From positions 2,369,418-2,433,417 of the forward strand of contig JBBCGL010000001.1 of assembly GCA_037200385.1 (NCBI GenBank): a stretch of 64,000 nt of DNA. Direction: 5' to 3'. The notes beneath the pieces are model-generated. The model saw nothing but the letters and a program-made list of their open reading frames with translations. It searched no databases and was not told the origin of the DNA. The translations under genes were made by a program, and so were the position numbers. The stretch is from Rhizomicrobium sp. GTDB lineage: Bacteria; Pseudomonadota; Alphaproteobacteria; Micropepsales; Micropepsaceae. Of the stretch, positions 55,840-64,000 are shown one piece after another. Within the stretch, counting starts at the first letter, position 1. Every line of letters starts with the position of its first letter.

Positions 55840-57287
55840 GGCATCCCCTCCTCGGCCGGCAGACCGACGTCGAAATCGGATTTGGCTTGGTATTTCGGAT
55901 CGTGCGCGTCATAGACCAGCGCGCCGTCGACATAGACCTTCTCGGCGACGGCATAGACGCTGAACGGATCGCGATCCCACAGGACGACATCGGCATCCTT
56001 GCCGTTTTCGAGCGAACCGGTCCGCTCCGCGACGCCGATGATCCTGGCCGGATTGATCGTGAACCACTTCACCGCGTCGGCCTCGCCGATGTCGATGCCC
56101 ATGCGCCGGCCGGCGGCGATGGCAATGGCGGCATCGCGTGGAAGGTGTTGAACGACCGTCGCGTCGTCGGAATGCAGCGATACGCATACGCCGGCTTTCT
56201 GAAGCATGGCGGCGTTCGCCTCGATGCCGTCGAACGCCTCCATCTTGTAGCCCCACCATCCGGCGCCCCAGACGACGGCGCAGATGCCGTTCGCCTTCAG
56301 AAGGCCGGGAATCTTGTAGGCTTCGGAGGCGTGGTGGAACGCGACGATGCGGTAGCCGAATTCCTTTGCCAGATCGATCATGTAGGCCATCTCGTCGGCC
56401 CGGTAGCAATGCATCTGGACCCCGATCCTGCCGCGCAGCGCATCGGCCAGCGTATCGAGCTGCAAGTCCCGCTTGGGCGGATCGGCCTTCTCGCCCGCCC
56501 TGACCTTGGCGTCGTAGGCATCCCAGGCCTGCCTGTATTCGGCCGCCTTGATCCAGGCTTCGCGATAGCCGGCCATGCTGCCCATGCGGGTGGAGGGCGC
56601 CCGCCCCTTCGCACCGTAGATGCGCCGGGGATTTTCGCCGCACGCCATTTTCAGGCCTTGCGGCGCGCCGGGAAATTTCATGCCTTGAACCGTCTCGGAC
56701 GGCACGTTTTTCAGGATCACGGACCGGCCGCCGAACAGGTTGCTCGAGCCGGGCAGAATCTCCAGCGTGGTGACGCCACCGGCGCGCGCGGCGTTGAAGC
56801 CGGGATCCTGCGGCCAGATGGAATGCTCGGCCCAGACCTGCGCGGTATCGGGATCGGTCATCTCGTTGCCGTCGGCCAGCGAGTCGATGCCGGGACTGGG
56901 ATAGACGCCCAGATGCGAGTGCGGGTCGATCACGCCCGGCGTCACCCAGCCGCCCTTCAACGCCACGATCCGATAGCCGGCCGGACGGACGATGCCGCGA
57001 CGCACGGCCTCGATCTTGCCGCCGCGCATCAGGACAGTGCCATTGTCGATCTTCTCGCCGGTGGCGGTCAGGATCGTCACGCCGGTGATCGCGGTCGGCA
57101 CGCTCGGCAGTGGCTTATAGGTGCTGGGAAACGGATTTTCATCCTTGAGAGGATCGATGCCCCGCGCGAGCTGCGCCGATCCGCCCTTGCCGGAGGTTTG
57201 CGGTTTCTTCGAGCAAGCGCAAAGCCCCAGCACGGCCGCTACGGCCAAGCCGACCGAAACGCATGCGATAAATCGCGGCGGCTTCAC
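55836..57287 (-). CDS. Amidohydrolase family lipoprotein
   Basis: Lipobox-like LCAC; TPGVIDPHSH, KMACGENP, HCYRADE, HSDD, GSLENGKDAD. Confidence 0.9.
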   Translation of the reverse strand: MKPPRFIACVSVGLAVAAVLGLCACSKKPQTSGKGGSAQLARGIDPLKDENPFPSTYKPLPSVPTAITGVTILTATGEKIDNGTVLMRGGKIEAVRRGIVRPAGYRIVALKGGWVTPGVIDPHSHLGVYPSPGIDSLADGNEMTDPDTAQVWAEHSIWPQDPGFNAARAGGVTTLEILPGSSNLFGGRSVILKNVPSETVQGMKFPGAPQGLKMACGENPRRIYGAKGRAPSTRMGSMAGYREAWIKAAEYRQAWDAYDAKVRAGEKADPPKRDLQLDTLADALRGRIGVQMHCYRADEMAYMIDLAKEFGYRIVAFHHASEAYKIPGLLKANGICAVVWGAGWWGYKMEAFDGIEANAAMLQKAGVCVSLHSDDATVVQHLPRDAAIAIAAGRRMGIDIGEADAVKWFTINPARIIGVAERTGSLENGKDADVVLWDRDPFSVYAVAEKVYVDGALVYDAHDPKYQAKSDFDVGLPAEEGMP

Positions 57288-60104
57288 TTACCCGCCTTTC
57301 CCCGGTGACCGAAGCTTGCCGGGGTCGAGATCCTTGAGCGGGATGACTTCGACCGCCGGATGCTTCTGCCGCAACGCGCCGATGAATTTCGTAGCGTCGC
57401 CGACGATCAGCACACTGATCGCGCCGGTACCGAGCCGCGATCTTTCGGCGGCCTGCACCTGTTCGGGCGTCGCGGCCAGAACACCCGAAAGATATCGGCC
57501 CAGGGCCGCGGCAGGCACGCCGTCCTGCGACAGCTCCACCAGCGCCTTGCTCAAGCCGTCCGCGGTCTCGACCTGACGGCCCGTGTAGAAGGCGAGGAAG
57601 ACGGCGCGCTTGCGCAGTTCATCCGCATCCGGTGGCGTGCTTCCCGCCCTCGCCATCCTCTCAAGAATGAGATCGCAGACTTCCGCCACCGTTTCGTTCT
57701 TGGTCGAGGCGGCGACATAGAGCATGCCGGCGGCGCGGCGGGCATCGAGCGTGGCATCCACGCTGTAGCTGAGGCCGCGGTTCAAGCGAACTTCGGTGAC
57801 GATCACTTTGTTGAGCAGAAGATTTCCGATCGTCAGCGGAGCGTAATCATCGCCGCCCCGCGGGATGGCGCGCATCGCAGCCGTCACCATGGCCTGGCCC
57901 GCGCCCGGCATGTCCAGCACCACGATACGGTGCCCGGCCGCGCCGGCCGCCCCAGAGACCGGCGGCAGCGGCGCGTCCGGCCGCGCCCATCCGCCGAAGA
58001 GGCGCTCGGCAAGGGCGAAGCCCTGCTCCGCGCTCAGCGATCCGGTGATGACGAGCGTCGCATTGTCGGGGCGCCAGAGCGTGCGATATTCGCCAAGAAC
58101 GTCGTCGCGCGTGATCGCCTGCAATGTCGCTTCGGTGGCGAGCTGGCCGTAGGGGGACGCGCCAAATTCCAGCGCCGGAACGAACTGAAGCGCCGCCTCG
58201 CGCGGCTGGCCCATCGTCTCGCGCCATCGTGCGATCTGCTGGCCTTGTTCGCGTGCGAATTCGGACGGCGCGAAAGCGGGATGCAGGACCGTATCGGCCA
58301 GCATCGCACCGGCCGCATCGATATTCGCCGCCGGCGCGGACAGCACCAGCGCGGCGCCGTCCGGCGCGACGCTGGCATCGAGCTTGCCGCCCAGCGCCTC
58401 GACGCGCCGGTCGATATCGGAAGCGCTTCGCGTCTCGCTCCCACGCAAGAGCAGACTTGCCGTGATCTGCGCGAGCCCGACCTTGGCGCTGGGATCGGCG
58501 GCGGTTCCGCCTTGCACGCTGAGCGCGAGCTGGACGATCGGAACCTCCGTCGATCTCGCCACCTCCACGCGCAGGCCGTTCGGCAATGTACGCATGGAAA
58601 CTTCGGGTGGCGTGGGTGCCTTGGGCGGTTCGGGCGTCGGCGGCTTGGCACGGCGATCGGCTGGAAGCAGCGCAACCGGCGCGATTTTCGCGGGCGGGAT
58701 CGTCGTTCCGATATCGTCCGTCGACGGCATCGGCGTTTCCGGCGCACCCGTGGCGCGCGCGGCTTCGTCCAGGTAGTGGATGTCGACCACGCCATTGGCC
58801 GACAGATATTTCCGCGCCACGCGCTGGACGTCCGCGGACGTGACGGCCTGGATCTGCTTGAGCGATCTGTCGGCCCAGCCCGGATCGCCGGCGAGCGCGA
58901 GGCCCTGCCCCAGAAGCAGCGCGCGGCCGGAGGTGGTTTCGCGCATCGCCAGGGAATCGGCCAGAAGCTCGTTCTTCGCCGTGGTCAGCTCGGCATCGCC
59001 AATGAGCGTGTTGCGCAAATCGTCCATGACGGCGGAAAGCGCAGCATCGCCCTCGGCGACGGTCTTTCCCGGCGCGAGTATGACGGTCGGCGCGAACACG
59101 CCACCGTCCTTGGCGAGCAGGTTGGAGACATAGACGCGCGTCGCGACCTGCTTTTGCCCCACCAGCACGTCGTAGAGCCGCGACGACTTGCCGTGACCCA
59201 GGATCGCTTCGATGAGGAGCATGACCGCGGTGTCGGGATCGGCCACCTTGGGCGCGACCCAGGCGTGAACGACCGCGGGCGACGGCACATTCGGGGCGTA
59301 GGTCGTCACCTGAAGCGGGACGGTGCGGGGGGCATGCGTTATCGCGGTCCGCGGGATCGGCGCTTGCGGATGGGCAATGTGCCCCAGATATTTGTCGGCC
59401 CAGGCGTCGAGCTCCTTGGGATTGAAATTGCCCGACACCACGACGGTGGCATTGTCCGGCCGGTAATAGGTTTCGTGAAAGGCGCGCGCGTCATCCACCG
59501 TCGCCGCATCGAGGTTTTCGAACGTGCCGCCGAACGGCCGCTTGTAGAGCTCGGTGGTGTAGGTGAATTTCGGCATCAGGATATAGAGGATGCGGCCATA
59601 GGGCGGCGCAAAGATGCGCTGGCGCAGCTCTTCCTCGACGATATGGCGTTCGGCATTGAAGGCGGCGTCGTCGACGACGAGGTTCGCCATCCGCTCGCCT
59701 TCGTACCACAGCAACGTCTTGAGGAATCCCGCCGGCGCGGTCGACGAATAGACGGTGAAGTCGAAAAGGGTCGAACCGTTGTGTTCGCCGCCGCCGCCGG
59801 TGGTGAGGTCGCGGGCCTGTTCCGACGCCAGGTTCTTGGTGTCGCGGAACATCATGTGCTCGAACAGATGCGCAAAGCCCGCGCGCCCTTTCGGATCGTC
59901 CTTCGCACCGACGCCGTACCAGACATGTACCGTCGCGCTGGAGCTTGTCGGATCGGGCAAGGCATAGAGCTTCAACCCGTCGGCCAGCGTGCGCTCCGTA
60001 TAGCGCAGCGGCGGAACGACGATGGCCGGCGCGGGCGCCGCGGCCGCCCCTGCCAAAAGAAGTACGGAAACGACGACCACCAAACCGTGGACAGCATTTT
60101 TCAT
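57288..60104 (-). CDS. M16 family (pitrilysin-like) zinc peptidase, secreted
   Basis: Signal peptide from ATG 60104; GFAHLFEHMMF (HxxEH), NGST, EEL, YYRPDNA; second half TLPNGLRV...WRPDNATL. Confidence 0.92.
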   Translation of the reverse strand: MKNAVHGLVVVVSVLLLAGAAAAPAPAIVVPPLRYTERTLADGLKLYALPDPTSSSATVHVWYGVGAKDDPKGRAGFAHLFEHMMFRDTKNLASEQARDLTTGGGGEHNGSTLFDFTVYSSTAPAGFLKTLLWYEGERMANLVVDDAAFNAERHIVEEELRQRIFAPPYGRILYILMPKFTYTTELYKRPFGGTFENLDAATVDDARAFHETYYRPDNATVVVSGNFNPKELDAWADKYLGHIAHPQAPIPRTAITHAPRTVPLQVTTYAPNVPSPAVVHAWVAPKVADPDTAVMLLIEAILGHGKSSRLYDVLVGQKQVATRVYVSNLLAKDGGVFAPTVILAPGKTVAEGDAALSAVMDDLRNTLIGDAELTTAKNELLADSLAMRETTSGRALLLGQGLALAGDPGWADRSLKQIQAVTSADVQRVARKYLSANGVVDIHYLDEAARATGAPETPMPSTDDIGTTIPPAKIAPVALLPADRRAKPPTPEPPKAPTPPEVSMRTLPNGLRVEVARSTEVPIVQLALSVQGGTAADPSAKVGLAQITASLLLRGSETRSASDIDRRVEALGGKLDASVAPDGAALVLSAPAANIDAAGAMLADTVLHPAFAPSEFAREQGQQIARWRETMGQPREAALQFVPALEFGASPYGQLATEATLQAITRDDVLGEYRTLWRPDNATLVITGSLSAEQGFALAERLFGGWARPDAPLPPVSGAAGAAGHRIVVLDMPGAGQAMVTAAMRAIPRGGDDYAPLTIGNLLLNKVIVTEVRLNRGLSYSVDATLDARRAAGMLYVAASTKNETVAEVCDLILERMARAGSTPPDADELRKRAVFLAFYTGRQVETADGLSKALVELSQDGVPAAALGRYLSGVLAATPEQVQAAERSRLGTGAISVLIVGDATKFIGALRQKHPAVEVIPLKDLDPGKLRSPGKGG

Positions 60105-60280
60105 GACCCAGTCCTCCTGTCCATGAACGAGGAACGAAAACCGGATTGCCGCCATTCATCGCCGACAATAAATCGCGACATGTCGCCGGTCCGTAAGCCG
60201 CGAATGGCGGATTACGCAGTGGCCGCGCGTCGTTCTTCCGGCCAGGTCCGGAGGGGACCGGCGGCAGAGGGAAGGCATCC

Positions 60281-61972
60281 ATGACAAATCTGAAAACGAT
60301 CCGGCTGGCGCGCGCGGGCTTGCGGCTTGCGGCCATCGCGCTCACCATCTGGACCTATGGGACGGCGGCGGCTTCGGCGGCCGAGGCGCGCTTCACGGTG
60401 AGCTTCGACGCCTCGTTTCGCAGCGAGCCCCTGACCGGCCGGCTTCTCGTCGTGGTGACCGACAAGGCGGGGGCCGAGCCGCGCCAACAGATCGGCATGT
60501 ATGGCGCGCCTATCTTCGGCATCGATCTCAATGGTCTGAGGCCGGGCGAGAGCGCATCGCTTGGCGCCGCGGCCGTCGGCTATCCCGTGGCCAGCACCGC
60601 CAAATTGCCGGCCGGCGACTACTACGTCCAGGCGATCGTCGAGCCCTACCGGCAGGTGCACCGCGCCGACGGGCACACGATATGGGCGGTTTCGCATCCG
60701 GGCCAGGGCGTTCCCTTCGCCTTCCCCGGAAATCTCTATAGCGCACCGGTGAAGGTTCACCTGGATCCCGCCGCCGGCTTCGACGTGCGCCTGAAGCTGA
60801 ACCAGATCATCCCGGAGAGCCGACAGCCGGATACGGCCTGGATCAAGCGCGTGCGCGTCAAGAGCGAGATCCTCAGCCGCTTCTGGGGCATGCCGATCTA
60901 TCTGGGCGCCAATGTCCTGTTGCCGAAAGGCTATGCCGAGCATCCGGACGCGCATTACCCGATCGTCTATCTGCAGAGCTTCAGCGCCGATCCGTTCTTC
61001 ATCAGCGACAAGCCGGGGCCTAGTCCGGAAGATGCCGCCTTACGCGACGCCAATCTGCAGACCGGATATGAGTTCTTTCAATCTTGGACCTGGGACAAAT
61101 TCCCACGGATCCTCGCGGCGACCGTCGAGCAGCCCTGCCCCTATTTCGTGGAAGCCTATTCCGTGGACTCGGCCAATTGCGGCCCTTATGGCGAGGCGCT
61201 GACGAAGGAGCTGTTCCCCTATCTCGAGAAGAAATTCCGCGCGATCGGAAAGCCCTATGCCCGCTTCGTGGAGGGCGCCTCGACCGGCGGCTGGGAATCG
61301 CTGGCGCTCCAGCTCAAATACCCCGACTATTTCGGCGGGACCTGGACCTTCAATCCCGATCCGATCTCCTTTCGCCACTATCAGCTGATCGACATCTACA
61401 AGGACGACAACGCGTTCGAAGTCCCGCTCTCGTCCTGGATGCATGCGGAGCGGTCCATGAAGCGTACGGTGGAAGGCCAGGTTCTTCTGACCATTCGCCA
61501 GCTTTCGGCGCTGGAAGCGGCGCTGGGCGACAAGGGCCGCTCCGGCTTCCAGCTCGAATGCTGGGAAGCGATCTACGGGCCAGTGGGCGAGGACGGCTAT
61601 CCCAAGCCGCTTTGGGACAAGGCGACCGGACGGATCGACCATTCGGTCGCCGCCTATATGCGCGACCACGGCTACGACCTGACCGACTACACCGAACGCA
61701 ACTGGGCGACGCTGGGTCCCAAGCTGCGGGGCAAGCTCAACATCATCTCTGGCGACATGGATTGGTTCTACCTGAACAATGCCGTCTACGATTTCCAGGC
61801 CATGATCGAGAAGATGGGCGGGCCCGATTACCCGGCGCGCTTCGTCTTCGGCCGCCCGAAGAAAGGGCACAACTGGCATCACAAGGACTGGGCCGGCGTC
61901 GTACAGGAGATGGCGGCACAGGCGTTGGGCAACGCGCCGGCGGGCGAGAACACGGCGCAGTGGCATTATTGA
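60281..61972 (+). CDS. Secreted esterase-like alpha/beta hydrolase (hypothetical)
   Basis: Signal peptide; VLLPKGY, EGASTGGWESL nucleophile elbow, GDMD, GHNW. Confidence 0.75.
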   Translation: MTNLKTIRLARAGLRLAAIALTIWTYGTAAASAAEARFTVSFDASFRSEPLTGRLLVVVTDKAGAEPRQQIGMYGAPIFGIDLNGLRPGESASLGAAAVGYPVASTAKLPAGDYYVQAIVEPYRQVHRADGHTIWAVSHPGQGVPFAFPGNLYSAPVKVHLDPAAGFDVRLKLNQIIPESRQPDTAWIKRVRVKSEILSRFWGMPIYLGANVLLPKGYAEHPDAHYPIVYLQSFSADPFFISDKPGPSPEDAALRDANLQTGYEFFQSWTWDKFPRILAATVEQPCPYFVEAYSVDSANCGPYGEALTKELFPYLEKKFRAIGKPYARFVEGASTGGWESLALQLKYPDYFGGTWTFNPDPISFRHYQLIDIYKDDNAFEVPLSSWMHAERSMKRTVEGQVLLTIRQLSALEAALGDKGRSGFQLECWEAIYGPVGEDGYPKPLWDKATGRIDHSVAAYMRDHGYDLTDYTERNWATLGPKLRGKLNIISGDMDWFYLNNAVYDFQAMIEKMGGPDYPARFVFGRPKKGHNWHHKDWAGVVQEMAAQALGNAPAGENTAQWHY

Positions 61973-62107
61973 CGGCGGGATGGCGGCTTGGATCGGCGGC
62001 GCGTGCCGAACCAAGCCGCCGTCCTGACTGCAAGCAGCCGATACCAAAATCAGGCACCAGACGGGCCTTAAAGCCGGTTTTTTCAAGTTGATGCAACCCC
62101 AACTCGG

Positions 62108-62233
62108 TGTCATGGCCCGCGAAAGCGGGCCACCCAGTTGGGCTCTGTACGAATTCGGCAAGATGAATGGCTGTTTTCTTTCCGAAGCAGGTGCAGGCGT
62201 CACCTGGGTGGCCCGCTTTCGCGAGCCATGACA
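62108..62233. repeat. Palindromic element, TGTCAT...ATGACA family
   Basis: tgtcatggcccgcgaaagcgggccacccag...cacctgggtggcccgctttcgcgagccatgaca; same arms as 17635-17763, unrelated middle. Confidence 0.85.
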
Positions 62234-62267
62234 CGGTTTCGATAACCCCATCTGATCACAACCGACC

Positions 62268-63398
62268 CTAAGCGCCCCAGACCTCACCATAGACGCGCGC
62301 GAAATTCGCGCCGAGGATCTTCTCGATGCGCGCGGCGGGCCAGCCGCGCCGGGCCAGATCGTCCGCCAGGTGCAGATAGCGCAGGGGATCGTTGTATTCC
62401 GGTATGATCTCGATCGAATCCGGCCCTTCGCCGGGGGCGGCGACGTTCTGCTTGCTGCGCGTCTCGAACGACCGCCGCTTGGCGTCCCTGTAGGCCTGGT
62501 CGATCACGGTGGTGGAGATCGCGTTGTCGGAGCCGATGCCGACATGATCCTCGCCGCAGACCTTCACCGCATGTTCCAGATGGCGGATCAGATCCTCCTT
62601 GTGCGCCACCCCTTTGAGCACGAGGAACGGCATGAGATAGATACCGACCACGCCGCCCTTGTCGGCCAGAGCGCGCAATTCGCGGTCGTAGACATTGCGG
62701 GGGAGATCGATCAGGTCGCGGCAGCCCGTATGGCTGATGACCGGCGGCCGTTTCGCCCGCGCGATCGCCTCGGCGATGGTGTTCTGGCCGCCATGGCTCA
62801 AATCCATGACGATGCGCTGGCGCTCGAGCTCTTCCACGAGCTGGCGCCCAAACAGGCTGAGTCCGGAATTCGCCGGCTCGTTGGAGCCGTCGCCCGCAGC
62901 ATTGCGGATGTTGTAGGTGAGCTGGATCTGCCGCAGGCCCAACAGCCCCAGGGTTTCGACCCGGCCGAGATCGTTCTCGAGAAGCTCCGTATCCTGCAAA
63001 TTGTATATGAGGCCCAGTCGGCCGGTCTTCTTGGCCAGCTTCAAATCCGCCGCCGTGCGCACGCGCAGCAGCGCTTGCGGCGCGGCGGCGCATTTCTCGT
63101 CCAGCACGGCGATCAGGCGGATCGCCTTCGCCATGCGGTCGCCGCTAAGGCCGACGCTCAAGGTCAAGCTGACGGCCGTGACGCCGCTCGCCTTGATGTC
63201 GTCAAGCATTCGCGGCGAAGGCGGCGCCTCCAGCGGCAATGTCCGGTCGGGGTCCACGATGTCGCCCATAGCATCGATGACGACGGCGTTGCGGTAGCGT
63301 TCCGCGCCGAAGCCGGTCCCGGCCGTCGCGCGCGCGGCGGTGGCCAGAGCCGTGGCGCTTGCGGCCGCGATGAATTCCCTACGATCGAATTTCAGCAT
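62268..63398 (-). CDS. Membrane dipeptidase (M19)-like protein with Tat signal
   Basis: MLKFDRREFIAAASATALA twin-arginine signal; QLTYN..N, GLSLFG, DLSH, ISHTG, HVGIGSD, KILGANFARV. Confidence 0.85.
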   Translation of the reverse strand: MLKFDRREFIAAASATALATAARATAGTGFGAERYRNAVVIDAMGDIVDPDRTLPLEAPPSPRMLDDIKASGVTAVSLTLSVGLSGDRMAKAIRLIAVLDEKCAAAPQALLRVRTAADLKLAKKTGRLGLIYNLQDTELLENDLGRVETLGLLGLRQIQLTYNIRNAAGDGSNEPANSGLSLFGRQLVEELERQRIVMDLSHGGQNTIAEAIARAKRPPVISHTGCRDLIDLPRNVYDRELRALADKGGVVGIYLMPFLVLKGVAHKEDLIRHLEHAVKVCGEDHVGIGSDNAISTTVIDQAYRDAKRRSFETRSKQNVAAPGEGPDSIEIIPEYNDPLRYLHLADDLARRGWPAARIEKILGANFARVYGEVWGA

Positions 63399-63421
63399 GG
63401 TTTCAGCCACCTATGAAAATG

Positions 63422-64000
63422 TCAGGAGCGTGCGGACGCGATCCAGGCATCGATGTTGCCCTCGAGCATCGGAAGCGGGAGCGGCCCCTCGCGCAGAACC
63501 GCGTCGTGAAACGTGCGCAGGTCGAACTTCGCACCGAGCGCCGCCTTCGCCTTGGTGCGCAGTGCAAGGATTTTCATCATGCCGACGTAATAGGCCGTCG
63601 CCACCCCCGGATCGACGATGTAGCGATCGATCTCACGCAGGTTGTCGTAATGCGTGCCTGGAATGTTATCGTCGAAATATTTCGTGGCCTGCTCGCGCGT
63701 CCACTTCATCGCATGGATGCCCGTATCGACGACAAGCCGGCCCGCCCGCATGGCCGCCAGCGACAAGCGGCCGAACTCCTGATACGGGTCCTTGTAGAGG
63801 CCGAGCTCCTTGGCCAGCCCTTCGGAGTAAAGAGCCCATCCCTCGCTATAGGCCGCGATGCTCGCGAATCTGCGGAATTTCGGCAGGCCGGTCCTCTCAT
63901 AGGCCAGCATGGTTTCGATGTGGTGACCCGGCACGGCCTCATGGAAAAGCTCTGCTGCCAACTGGTATTTCGGCGCGGCGCGCATGTCGTACAGATTGAT
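63422..64000 (-). CDS. DUF885 family protein (5' end outside window)
   Basis: HEAVPGHH, AYSEGWALYSE, RLVVDTGIH, EIDRY..PG.ATAY..G, FHDAVL..GPLPL. Confidence 0.9.
   Translation of the reverse strand: MNLYDMRAAPKYQLAAELFHEAVPGHHIETMLAYERTGLPKFRRFASIAAYSEGWALYSEGLAKELGLYKDPYQEFGRLSLAAMRAGRLVVDTGIHAMKWTREQATKYFDDNIPGTHYDNLREIDRYIVDPGVATAYYVGMMKILALRTKAKAALGAKFDLRTFHDAVLREGPLPLPMLEGNIDAWIASARS

Overview
64 kb from a high-GC bacterium; the gene set and order suggest an alphaproteobacterium. Positions 1-38.5 kb are mostly housekeeping backbone: rhlE, a two-domain cold-shock protein, a PadR-MFP-RND efflux unit, an Atm1-type ABC exporter, rarD-cimA-cysS-gltX-nadE, class II DAHP synthase, gor, rpiA, glmS-glmU and gph. 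Single accessory genes and many short intergenic palindromic (REP-like) elements are interspersed. At 38567-38641 is tRNA-Val(CAC). Its 3' half recurs at 53653-53698, delimiting a ~15 kb island with no recognisable integrase. The island carries the most interesting content: a tightly coupled five-gene minus-strand operon of large, acidic, signal-peptide-less unknown proteins (DUF6603-like 1222 aa, 487 aa, 293 aa, 1402 aa, and 606 aa with a C-terminal FISUMP domain). Divergent from it, across an AT-rich promoter with a perfect 14-bp tandem repeat, lie a DNase I-like (EEP) nuclease and an acidic beta-rich protein. After the island is a cluster of mostly exported peptide/amide hydrolases. No CRISPR array, rRNA or intact transposase was seen. 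All family assignments come from motif recognition by eye; no database was searched.
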